DNA from: Eubacteriales bacterium
GTDB lineage: Bacteria > Bacillota > Clostridia > Oscillospirales > CAG-272
Assembly: GCA_050309735.1 (NCBI GenBank)
Contig: JBNRMS010000030.1
Span: 1-62,990 of the forward strand
Reading direction: 5' to 3'
Length of the DNA: 62,990 nucleotides
Part shown: positions 54,373 to 62,855 of the stretch, piece after piece
Layout of the letters: every line of letters begins with the position of its first letter
Position numbering within the stretch: position 1 is the first letter of the stretch
Translations under genes and position numbers: made by a program
Notes under the pieces: model-generated
What the model saw: only the letters and a program-made list of their open reading frames with translations
Databases searched by the model: none
What the model was told of the DNA's origin: nothing

Positions 54373-55941
54373 TCACCCTCCTCGCTCAGACATTTTCTTT
54401 TGCCTTATCTCTTCAAGCAGTGCGTCGCGATCGGTAAGCACTCCGGCAGGCAGCCTTTCTATGTACTGCTCGGGGGTTATATGCCCGCCGTCAAGCAGGC
54501 GGTTGAGCATACTAAGCGTGCCCGCTGCGCCGTAACGCGAGATTTCGCCGACATCGACCCGCGCCCTTATCAGAGCACCTCTCAGACTGCTAAGGTCAAC
54601 GCGCTCGGCGCGCTCCTCGCCCCCCTCGACGAAGGGTACGAGGCGTTGGTCGGGATAATAAGCGCACATCATATCGGCCCATATATTCGCAAGATCCTCT
54701 ATGCACTGAAAGTAACTCCGGCGAACCTGCTCGAGCGGGATTCTTGCCGCCTCCTGAAGTGCGAGTATCGCGCTGGTATTTGTTGCCTCGCCGTCTCCGA
54801 GAGCGCTCTCTGTCGCCCCCATCATCTCTTTGGTCATTCGCGCGGCAAGCTCTATGAGTTCGAGATATCCCTCCTGCATCTGCCCTACGCCAACGACCGA
54901 CACGGCGTCTGAAACGTTTGTTCCGCCGAGCGCAGCTATCGCCTCCCCCACCCCGTTTGTCCACTCGGGAATGCGCGACTTGTCGTAGATTACCTTCGAG
55001 AAGGCAGTGTCGGTCATATGCTTCATAACCATCGCAAAGGCGCGATTGATAAACTTTTGATTCGGAATCATCCCGCTTATCGGCGAGGTTCCGTGAAAAC
55101 TGTTCTTGGTCGGAAACCAGTTGAAATAGGCTACCGGATATAAGGTCAGGTCGGTTCTCTGCCGGCGAATCACCGCGCCCTGCACAGACTTTTCGAAACA
55201 GACCTTCCCGTCCTCGCGCCAGAATTTTATTAAGCATGTTGCCTTCCTTTCGCTATAGTGCTCGTCGATACTCCCGAGTTCATATCTGGCCATATCTCCC
55301 GATTGATTATCCCCGCCGTCATCGGGCTGGATTTTCTTTATCATCTCGGCAGAAGCGCCATATTTTCTTGCCTCCTCGCAGAGCGCCTCAACCCTCTCAC
55401 GCCCCGAAATTATGATATAATCCTGAGACTGGATGTCCGCGCGATTAACGTCGGCGACAAAAAGGTTCACATTGTCGATAACCTCGGTTGCGATGTCGCC
55501 GGTAAAGTCGCGTCCGGCCGAGGCCGACGGATCCCACCAGCAAAAGAGCACTCCGTCTCCGCTTATCGCGGCGTCGGTCAGGAGCGAATAGAGCTTTCGG
55601 TCAAGTTTCGCACGTTCCCAGCGGTAGGCGGCATTTCTTGTCATCGCACCGACCGCCCGCCCTATCGCCGCTGCAGCCGCCGGGTCTCTGACAAAGGGCA
55701 GATTTTCGTCGTTGTACGAGAGCGAGATGTCACCCGAGAAAACAGTGCAGACAAGATAGTCGATAATTCGGCGGATTATGTTGAAGACGGGTTTGGGGAG
55801 ATCGGTGTTTTCGGCTCCGTACCACTGATTTCCGCGGTAGAATCGCTCGTTCTGTCGCACCGTCTCAAAAAGCCCGATTCTGCGCTTGTATTCAAGCCCC
55901 TCCTCATACTGCCGCCATGCTTTAGTTTTGAATTTTTTCAT
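54373..55941 (-). CDS. Phage portal protein-like
   Basis: 522 aa. The N-terminus KAWRQYEEGLEYKRRIGLFETVRQNERFYRGNQW is a pattern I associate with portal proteins. Its size and its position before the scaffold gene fit. Confidence 0.65.
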   Translation of the reverse strand: MKKFKTKAWRQYEEGLEYKRRIGLFETVRQNERFYRGNQWYGAENTDLPKPVFNIIRRIIDYLVCTVFSGDISLSYNDENLPFVRDPAAAAAIGRAVGAMTRNAAYRWERAKLDRKLYSLLTDAAISGDGVLFCWWDPSASAGRDFTGDIATEVIDNVNLFVADVNRADIQSQDYIIISGRERVEALCEEARKYGASAEMIKKIQPDDGGDNQSGDMARYELGSIDEHYSERKATCLIKFWREDGKVCFEKSVQGAVIRRQRTDLTLYPVAYFNWFPTKNSFHGTSPISGMIPNQKFINRAFAMVMKHMTDTAFSKVIYDKSRIPEWTNGVGEAIAALGGTNVSDAVSVVGVGQMQEGYLELIELAARMTKEMMGATESALGDGEATNTSAILALQEAARIPLEQVRRSYFQCIEDLANIWADMMCAYYPDQRLVPFVEGGEERAERVDLSSLRGALIRARVDVGEISRYGAAGTLSMLNRLLDGGHITPEQYIERLPAGVLTDRDALLEEIRQKKMSERGG

Positions 55942-55944
55942 TTA

Positions 55945-55996
55945 TCCCCCATGCCGCCCGAAGGGCGGCTAATTAGATTTTGGAATTTTCGGCGGC
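55945..55996 (-). repeat. Family 2 intergenic element, copy R2
   Basis: The minus strand reads GCCGCCGAAAATTCCAAAATCTAATTAGCCGCCcttcgGGCGGCATGGGGGATAA, then ATG of the portal gene. Confidence 0.85.
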
Positions 55997-56088
55997 TTTG
56001 CCGCAAAAGTGGGGCAGGGTCCCACTTTTAGAAAATTCGTGTGTGAAACAGCAAGACTCAAAATTTATGAATGTAATGCTTTCACACG

Positions 56089-56140
56089 ATCCCCCATGCC
56101 GCCATCGGCGGCTTATATAATTTTGAATTTTTCGGCAGCC
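56089..56140 (-). repeat. Family 2 intergenic element, copy R3 (no gene directly downstream)
   Basis: The minus strand reads CTGCCGAAAAATTCAAAATTATATAAGCCGCCgatGGCGGCATGGGGGATC. It begins 6 nt after the stop of the 580-aa gene. Confidence 0.8.
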
Positions 56141-56145
56141 GCTCC

Positions 56146-57885
56146 TTATTTGCTTGCCGTCAGCGCAAGTCCGAATATCCGCTGGCGGCCCTCCCCGCGC
56201 GCCGATATGCGATAGCCGACATAATCAAGCCTGCCGGTCGACACCCGCGCCTCATGGCAGCCGATTTGATCTTGGGTCGAAAAGTGACTTTTGGTCAGCT
56301 CGCCAAAGCTTATCTCGGCACGATTGCCCGACGGGTCGCGAAGGCTCACCGATATTCCGCTCCCCGTTGCCGTCATGCGTATTCGTTTAACTCTTTTCCG
56401 GCTGCCCGGGAGGCTCATATCGCTATATCCGCTCGTATAATCAGCGACAATTTCGCAGCCATCGTCAAGATACTCATTCTCGCCGAAAAGGTATATGCCC
56501 GAGGCCGCCGAGAAACCGGCCTTGTCGCCGTAGGTAAAATAAATCTCGCCCGGTATTTGGGTGAAGCAATACCACTTGTTTATCCGCCAGTTGTAGACAA
56601 ACACCCTCCCCCCGGGGTCGGTCGGATTGCCAATCCAGATTTCGTTTTTCTCGCGGAAATTGTGTATTACCGAGTTTGAGCGGAAATCAAAGTCGATGAG
56701 GTCGCACAGCGGCGCCGAGATATCAACCGCGCTGCTCTCGTCTCTCTGGTCGGTGTTGTCGGTCCAGCGGTAGATTCCGCCCCGACTGACCGTCACCGGA
56801 TCATTATCACAGAGCACCACCCCGCCAAGGCAGCCCACTCCCGAGTTTATCGGGCGGACCGGCGTGTCCTGATAGGAATTCTCCGAGAGGTCTGTCATTC
56901 TTGCGTCGTCTGCGGTAAATAGAAGTAGCCTGTCATAGTGCCGGCAGACCGAGGTAACCTCAGCGCCCCCGGCAGCGACAAGGAAATCATAACCGACCGG
57001 AAAATAGAGCGCCCCCGAGTCGGGGATGACCGCCCGCGAGGCTTCAACATCAGGACCGCTGACATACTTTGACCTGAACACCCTTGATTTGTCGAGCCCG
57101 CCAAAGCAAAATACGCTTGTGTCATATTTCCCACCGTAAACCGCCGCGCCGACAGAGGACGCGAGCGTCGACCGCAGTGTATATGAGGTTCCGATATCAA
57201 GACAGACCTCGATCACGCTGCCCATTGAAGCCGTCGAGCCCAGATTCAGCGTTGTGCCAATGAGGCTGTATCCGCTCGTTTTTGGAACTCCGTTGATAAT
57301 GAGGCTCTCGACAGCTTCAGCCGCAATGCCGGTTGAGATATTTGCGGTCGATGTCGTTGTGAGCTTGTAGGTTATCCTGATGTAGCGCGACAATTGGTTT
57401 AAGGGCTCATTAATCTCTCCCCCGCTGTGAAGCCAATCGCGCCCGTAGAGCGGAACATATCCGCTAACCGGCCAAACTCCGGCACGGGTGCAGCGATAAA
57501 CATCTCCTCCGTCGATAAGGTAAAGCCTGTCTTCAAGGAGGAAAAAGCAGGCTGTGCCCGACTGTGTGCCAACGCCCCCTATCGGGGTGCTTGCCGCTTC
57601 TTCGGGATCGGTCAGATAAACGGTGTCTCCCGCCAACACGACAAGCGATGGTGCGCCCTCAAGCTCTCCCGACCACAGGGCGCGAACCTTTTGCGGGAGG
57701 TCGAGCGCGCGATAGTATCCGCAGCGCTTCTCAAGCGAGCCGTCGGGAAGTATCCTGAAGTTTCTGATATTCTCGGCCACACTCCCGTCACCGATAGGGC
57801 TTGTGCGGTCGATTCCGCCGAAGGAGCTGACCAAAAAAGAGGCCGCCGCACTCCCGGGTTTGTTTTTAATTTTAATATTTGCCAT
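56146..57885 (-). CDS. Large beta-rich phage-cassette protein of unknown role (virion structural protein suspected)
   Basis: The ORF is 56146-57942 (TTG). I prefer the ATG at 57885 (MANIKIKNKPG), with GAAAGG upstream. It is Gly/Ser/Thr/Val/Tyr-rich with short strand-like repeats (FRILPDGSLEKRCGY, LYLIDGGDVY, GGIYRWTD). I recognise no enzymatic motif. Confidence 0.6.
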   Translation of the reverse strand: MANIKIKNKPGSAAASFLVSSFGGIDRTSPIGDGSVAENIRNFRILPDGSLEKRCGYYRALDLPQKVRALWSGELEGAPSLVVLAGDTVYLTDPEEAASTPIGGVGTQSGTACFFLLEDRLYLIDGGDVYRCTRAGVWPVSGYVPLYGRDWLHSGGEINEPLNQLSRYIRITYKLTTTSTANISTGIAAEAVESLIINGVPKTSGYSLIGTTLNLGSTASMGSVIEVCLDIGTSYTLRSTLASSVGAAVYGGKYDTSVFCFGGLDKSRVFRSKYVSGPDVEASRAVIPDSGALYFPVGYDFLVAAGGAEVTSVCRHYDRLLLFTADDARMTDLSENSYQDTPVRPINSGVGCLGGVVLCDNDPVTVSRGGIYRWTDNTDQRDESSAVDISAPLCDLIDFDFRSNSVIHNFREKNEIWIGNPTDPGGRVFVYNWRINKWYCFTQIPGEIYFTYGDKAGFSAASGIYLFGENEYLDDGCEIVADYTSGYSDMSLPGSRKRVKRIRMTATGSGISVSLRDPSGNRAEISFGELTKSHFSTQDQIGCHEARVSTGRLDYVGYRISARGEGRQRIFGLALTASK

Positions 57886-57945
57886 ATAGAACCATGCCTT
57901 TCTGTCACCGCAGGCCTGCGGGACGGTAGGGTACAGGCACAATCA

Positions 57946-59370
57946 TCAGATATCGTAGATGCTTGTCGCGCGTCTGAAGGTAAAATGCTCGCTCGGCTCG
58001 GGCGGCTGCGCCCGGCTCATGACAGCATAGCGCAGCGCCTCGGGCGCGTGGGTCAATGCGTGGGGTTCGCCGGCCGCATCCTCGGGTCGGTCGGGATTGC
58101 AGAGCAGCGATTGCATTGAATTAATGAGGTTCGTACAGGGGTATGAGATTCGCAGCGCCGGGCGGCAGAGCTCGCCGCTCGGCGAGGCCTCGGACGCTGA
58201 TATCGCGCCGGCGAGATACTCGCGCACCTGCCGCCAGCCCGGGATTCTGCGATTGTCTGCCGGGCGCATGGGAGGCATACCTGCCACCGCCTGCATCACC
58301 TCGGCGCCGCTTTTGCCGCTGTCCTGCCTTCTGTTCCAGAGGTCGGGCGAGGCAACGACATATTCGGCATATTCGCCGCCCATCATGCGCACAACCCGCT
58401 CAGCCGCCTCGCTTAAGGTCAGTCCCGGAGCTGAAATCTCTCGGATAACCCACAAGTTCGAGGATGCGTCAACCCCGAGGAGCAGCGCCGCCAACATATC
58501 AAAGCCATAGTCCAGTGCAACAAAGCGCCTTATGTTATTTGGGATAACAGCCGCCGGTGCGGTTTCCCTGCCTCGGGACCCCGCGCCGAATACATGAACA
58601 GACTCGTCAAATTCAGCAAAAAACTGCCCCTCGAAAATGTCCCACCTGCCATGCAGCCAGGCATCTCTAAGGCGGGCGGGCAGCGACTCCAGCTGCCGCT
58701 CATACTCGGGGTCGGCGCGCCGCAGCGCCTCGTTGTCATAAACTCTGGCAGGGATAAAGGCGTAATCCTCGGGATGCTCGCCCGGATGATATCTCCGGTC
58801 GATAAAGAGCCGCTTGACCCACGCGTGTCCGATTCCGCCGGGGTTACAGGTCAGGTAGATACGGCGGGGATAATCCCCGACGCCGCGGAGCGAGGCCTTA
58901 ATTAATGAGTACTGATATTCGCTCAGTTGCGTTGCCTCGTCGATGGCGATAATGTCGTATTCCTGCCCCTGATAGCGCAGGGCGTCCCGGTCGCATGAGC
59001 AGTAGCCAAGGTCTATTGTGCTGTCGCCGGGGACAATCAGCCTTTTTTCGCCCTCGCGATACTCAAGAAGAGCCTGATATTCGCGCAGCATGGGGAGCAC
59101 ATGATTGGTTTTCAGCTCGGGATACGAACGGCGCACAAGCAGGCAGTGTATTCCGGGATAGCGCAGACAAAGCCCAATAAGCTTGCGCCGCAGCGCCCAA
59201 GACTTCCCCCCGCCCCTCGCTCCGCCGTATGCGGTATAGCGCGCTCTTGATTCAAAGAAAAGCCGCTGTTTTTCATTCGGCACCCCCGAAATCAGTAGCA
59301 CCCCGCTCCTTTTCTCCCCCGAACTCTTGTGAGCCATATCAAATCCCTTCCTGTCCTTAATGCCATGCAA
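57946..59370 (-). CDS. Phage terminase large subunit
   Basis: 474 aa. Walker A YGGARGGGKSW, Walker B/coupling YDIIAIDEAT, and a C-terminal nuclease-sized domain. Confidence 0.85.
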   Translation of the reverse strand: MHGIKDRKGFDMAHKSSGEKRSGVLLISGVPNEKQRLFFESRARYTAYGGARGGGKSWALRRKLIGLCLRYPGIHCLLVRRSYPELKTNHVLPMLREYQALLEYREGEKRLIVPGDSTIDLGYCSCDRDALRYQGQEYDIIAIDEATQLSEYQYSLIKASLRGVGDYPRRIYLTCNPGGIGHAWVKRLFIDRRYHPGEHPEDYAFIPARVYDNEALRRADPEYERQLESLPARLRDAWLHGRWDIFEGQFFAEFDESVHVFGAGSRGRETAPAAVIPNNIRRFVALDYGFDMLAALLLGVDASSNLWVIREISAPGLTLSEAAERVVRMMGGEYAEYVVASPDLWNRRQDSGKSGAEVMQAVAGMPPMRPADNRRIPGWRQVREYLAGAISASEASPSGELCRPALRISYPCTNLINSMQSLLCNPDRPEDAAGEPHALTHAPEALRYAVMSRAQPPEPSEHFTFRRATSIYDI

Positions 59371-59390
59371 TTCCCGGCTCTTAGCGTTTT

Positions 59391-59891
59391 CTACTCGCCA
59401 TCGGCCATAATGTCGTGTTCAAACACGAGCCTCAGCTCGCCCGCGTCGCCCTCGGTTTTTTTGTCCGACCGAGCCTCGGAGTATCCGAGCCGAATTTTGA
59501 GATAGGCACCGATCAGGGTCGGAGCGATTTCAGAGTTGAGCGCCTCGTCCTCGAAGGCGGCCGAGATGCACCCTGTCTCCTCGGGATAAAGCTCGGTTAG
59601 TTCCAGATATTTTCTCGCGCTGATGCCAAGATAGCGGCAGAAACCCGCAATATTCGGAAAGCGCCCGCTCTCCCCCTTTTCGCCTCGCTTGCCTGATTTT
59701 CGCTCGCTGCCGGCCTTTTCCGGTATGCCGCCCTCGACCCTCGCTTTCTCGCCCCTGCCCTGACTATCGCACATAGCAAAACCCTTTCGGCAGTCAATAA
59801 TATACTGCTGTGCAAGAAGAAAAAGGTCGGCTCCCGAATACTTGCTCTCAAGCTTGTCTCTCCCCTTCTCTCCCCTTTTCTTATCCTCCAT
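59391..59891 (-). CDS. Phage terminase small subunit-like
   Basis: 166 aa. FPNIAGFCRYLGISARKYLEL resembles the HTH segment of small terminases. It lies immediately upstream of the large terminase gene. The N-terminal half is low-complexity and Lys/Gly/Glu-rich. Confidence 0.6.
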   Translation of the reverse strand: MEDKKRGEKGRDKLESKYSGADLFLLAQQYIIDCRKGFAMCDSQGRGEKARVEGGIPEKAGSERKSGKRGEKGESGRFPNIAGFCRYLGISARKYLELTELYPEETGCISAAFEDEALNSEIAPTLIGAYLKIRLGYSEARSDKKTEGDAGELRLVFEHDIMADGE

Positions 59892-60000
59892 TCATATCAA
59901 CACCTCCCTTGTTTGCCTGTACCGCCATGAGTATATAAAAAAAAAGAGTGCCACAGGATGTCATCCCGTGACGCTCAGTGCCAAGATTTAAAAATAACAC

Positions 60001-60038
60001 AAAAAATCAAAAAAGGGGGCTCGCTCAAGAAGCCCCCA
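60001..60038 (-). terminator. Intrinsic terminator of the Mrp-family gene
   Basis: The minus strand reads GGGGGCT-tcttgagcg-AGCCCCC followed by TTTTTGATTTTTT. Confidence 0.85.
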
Positions 60039-60078
60039 ATATTTGATTTATAAATTTATAAGGCAATATAAACGCTTT

Positions 60079-60909
60079 TCAATTGAATTTTGGAACAATC
60101 TCCGAGACAAGCCCATCAAGCCAATCGCCGTCAAACAACTCTATCATGCCTCTGTCGCAGGCTCCGGCAAGCTTTTGATTGATGGGAATCTTGGCAACAT
60201 TCGCCACACCGTGTTTTTTCGCAATTTCATCAATTTGGCTCTCGCCATAAATTTTGTGCCGCTCCCCGCACTTCCCGCAATCAAAATACGACATATTTTC
60301 CACAATGCCAAGCACCGGTATTTTCATCATCTCGGCCATTTTCACCGCCTTCTCTACTATCATCGACACCAATTCCTGCGGCGAGGTGACCACAATAATC
60401 CCGTCAACGGGTATGGATTGAAATATAGTCAGCGGAACGTCACCCGTTCCGGGCGGGCAGTCGATAAGCATCAGATCAACGCCGCTCCAGACCACGTCCG
60501 ACCAAAACTGTTTGACCGTTCCCGCAATCACAGGGCCACGCCAGACCACAGGGTCGGTGTCGTCGGGCAGAAGCAGGTTTATAGACATGGCGGCAATGCC
60601 GGTTTTGGTCATCACCGGAAAGATTCCCCGCTCGTCGCCCACCGCCTTTTCCCTGATTCCGAATATCCTCGGAATTGAGGGCCCGGTGATGTCGGCGTCA
60701 AGTATCGCGGTTTCAAAGCCCTCGCGCCGGGCGAGGACGGCAAGCATCGAGGTCACAAGTGATTTGCCCACTCCCCCCTTGCCGCTCACCACGGCAATAA
60801 CCTTCTTTACTTCCGAATACCGATTAGCCGGTGCAAGAAGGCTCTCGGTTTTGCGGTCGGAACAGCTTTGTCCGCATTTGCTGCAATCGTGTGTGCATTG
60901 GTCGCTCAT
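60079..60909 (-). CDS. Mrp/NBP35-family iron-sulfur cluster carrier ATPase
   Basis: 276 aa. N-terminal Cys cluster CTHDCSKCGQSC, deviant Walker A SGKGGVGKS, and CPPGTGD. Confidence 0.9.
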   Translation of the reverse strand: MSDQCTHDCSKCGQSCSDRKTESLLAPANRYSEVKKVIAVVSGKGGVGKSLVTSMLAVLARREGFETAILDADITGPSIPRIFGIREKAVGDERGIFPVMTKTGIAAMSINLLLPDDTDPVVWRGPVIAGTVKQFWSDVVWSGVDLMLIDCPPGTGDVPLTIFQSIPVDGIIVVTSPQELVSMIVEKAVKMAEMMKIPVLGIVENMSYFDCGKCGERHKIYGESQIDEIAKKHGVANVAKIPINQKLAGACDRGMIELFDGDWLDGLVSEIVPKFN

Positions 60910-60944
60910 TTAATTTTTCTCCTGTGTCATAATAATTTTATTTG

Positions 60945-61463
60945 TCATAAGGTTTTCACTCTGAATCTCCATAGCCGCTCCCTGTCCTCCTGGCTGGCAT
61001 ATCCGATTCCAACGCGCGGGAGAGCTATATATTCGGGGCGCGGCGCGCCGTCGTCCTCAATCCAAAGCCCGTGCTCGGGGTCAAGCGGCAGGCGGTTGTG
61101 CGCGCGGGTGATTCCGATATGCCGGGTAGTCCTCCCCGGGCCGTCAAATCCCTCAATCCCCCTTATCAGCACCGCCTCGGGATGCCCCTCGGGGCCGGTC
61201 ACAAAGTTTAAAAGATCATACATCCCGTAGCAGAGATAGACATACGTCACGCCGCCGGGAGAATAAAGCACGTCGGTTCTCGGCGTTCGCCCTCGGTGAG
61301 CGTGACAGGCAGTGTCGCTCTCGCCGTAATAGCACTCGGTTTCGGTGATCCGCAAGCGAAAAGTCTCTCCCGTCTGTACGTTTTCCCGGCAGAGCAGTTT
61401 GCCCAGCAGGTCGGGCGCAAGGTTCGGGGCGCTGTCCATGAAATATTCACGTTCAAGTATCAT
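60945..61463 (-). CDS. DNA-3-methyladenine glycosylase (Mpg/AAG family)
   Basis: 172 aa. Contains LAPDLLGKLL, ITETECY, ACHA and GVTYVYLCYGMY. Confidence 0.85.
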   Translation of the reverse strand: MILEREYFMDSAPNLAPDLLGKLLCRENVQTGETFRLRITETECYYGESDTACHAHRGRTPRTDVLYSPGGVTYVYLCYGMYDLLNFVTGPEGHPEAVLIRGIEGFDGPGRTTRHIGITRAHNRLPLDPEHGLWIEDDGAPRPEYIALPRVGIGYASQEDRERLWRFRVKTL

Positions 61464-61766
61464 TTTATCTCCGTTGTTTCACATTCTCACCCGCCCTGCC
61501 GTCATTTGTTTGTGAGGGTCGGGCGGGTGTGTGTCTTAAATTTTTATGCGGTTATCTTCACTAATAATTATGAACCGTTTATAGAATTTAAAACATAGAG
61601 CAGAACCGGCACCCTCCCCTTCGCGTCGGGCTTATAAAGGCTCGGGCTGTAACCGAAGTTCCGCAGGGTTGATCAGAGCAGCAGGTTTTGCTCTCGGCAA
61701 GGCCGCATATCGCAGCCTGAAACTGCAATCAAAAGAGGAGCCCCCTCGGACAGCGAACATACCAAG

Positions 61767-62702
61767 CTATAACCTGATTCCTTTTACCCGTATAAATTCT
61801 TCAACTTCGGCGGCGGTCGGCAAAGATGAATAGGCCCCCGCCCGACTAACCGTCAGCGCACCGGCTATATTGCCAAGTCTACCTGCTCGCTCAACATCGC
61901 CCGAGCTCAGATATTCGAGAGTGAAGGCGGCGGTGAAGGCGTCTCCGGCAGCGGTGGTGTCGACCGCCTTAACATCATAAGCCGGAACGCAATGATAATA
62001 AAGTCCGTCATAAATATAAGCGCCCCGCCCGCCAAGTTTAATAACATAATAATGTGCATTGACTATCTTGGAAAGTGCAATGGCAGCCCTCAGGCAATTT
62101 TCGGGCGAATTTGGCGAGATTCCGGTGAAAATCTCGGTTTCGGTTTCATTTGGCGAAAAGACCTCAAGGTGAGGCAGCCTCGCAAGCGGAAAATATCGGC
62201 TGGCCGGACCCGCGTCTATGAAAATAGGTATATTCTTTTTGGCAGCGGCATTTGCCGCGTAAATAACAGCCTCCGGATCTATCTCAAACTGCATAAAAAG
62301 AGCATCGGGATAGGAGATAAGCGCGTGGTCGATGTCGTCGGCCGTCATTTCCATATTGGCACCGGGATAGACGACAATGCGATTGACGCCGTTGTCCTCA
62401 ACCATAATCGCGGCAAGTCCTGTGGGAGCTTTTTTATCGTGAACTATAAAACGGGTGTCGATTCCTTCTTTTTCATAAAGGTTCTTGAGTATCGCTCCGT
62501 TAGCATCGCTGCCGACACGAGTGCAGAATATGCATTCTCCCCCAAGTCTCTGGATTGCCACAGCCGAATTAGCTCCCTTCCCGCCCGGCACAAAACGGTA
62601 TGAACCGCCGTCTATCACCGTCTGCCCCGCCGACGGAAGGGCGTGCATATTCATAACGAAATCCATATTGGCCGAACTAACCACAAGAATTCTCTTTTTC
62701 AT
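61767..62702 (-). CDS. rbsK: Ribokinase (PfkB family)
   Basis: Contains GGKGANSA and DTTAAGDAF. I prefer the ATG at 62702 (MKKRILVVSS), after GGGGG. In-frame upstream ATGs exist at 62714 and 62753. Confidence 0.75.
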   Translation of the reverse strand: MKKRILVVSSANMDFVMNMHALPSAGQTVIDGGSYRFVPGGKGANSAVAIQRLGGECIFCTRVGSDANGAILKNLYEKEGIDTRFIVHDKKAPTGLAAIMVEDNGVNRIVVYPGANMEMTADDIDHALISYPDALFMQFEIDPEAVIYAANAAAKKNIPIFIDAGPASRYFPLARLPHLEVFSPNETETEIFTGISPNSPENCLRAAIALSKIVNAHYYVIKLGGRGAYIYDGLYYHCVPAYDVKAVDTTAAGDAFTAAFTLEYLSSGDVERAGRLGNIAGALTVSRAGAYSSLPTAAEVEEFIRVKGIRL

Positions 62703-62714
62703 AATAACCCCCAT

Positions 62715-62729
62715 GCCGCCAATGGCGGC
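62715..62729 (-). promoter_or_regulatory. GC hairpin plus SD leader module (family 2 core, copy R4)
   Basis: The minus strand reads GCCGCC-att-GGCGGC, then ATGGGGG, then TTATT and ATG of the ribokinase gene. A TATAAT box lies about 15 nt upstream of the hairpin. Confidence 0.6.
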
Positions 62730-62855
62730 TCGACATCGATTCTTATTATACACAATTATATCTTAAAACCCACGGCAAATCAAGAATTGCGATGGATTTT
62801 TTGAAAAATGGGTAAAAAGTAGTCACAAAAAGCAAAAATTATTTTAAAAAAACCC

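Larger units (their letters stand above)
52467..59891 (-). mobile_element. Phage-derived head-morphogenesis and DNA-packaging cassette (7 genes) without integrase, tail, lysis or replication modules
   Basis: Co-directional small terminase-like, large terminase, 580-aa ORF, portal-sized ORF, scaffold-like ORF, capsid-like ORF and 132-aa ORF. It is flanked directly by ddh and an Mrp-family gene. Confidence 0.8.

Noticed and set aside
54094-58119. Plus-strand ORFs of 230-272 aa (54094-54912, 55258-56031, 57427-58119) inside the phage-like cassette.
   Set aside because: They are antisense to the portal-like, scaffold-like and 580-aa genes. Their products are Ser/Arg/Pro-rich. One of them runs across the structured intergenic spacer. 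I treat them as shadow frames.
59947-59983. TGGCAC sequences upstream of the small-terminase gene as a sigma-54 (-24/-12) promoter.
   Set aside because: The required GC of the -12 element (TTGC) is missing at the proper 5-nt spacing; only a T-run follows. No sigma-54 activator gene is nearby.
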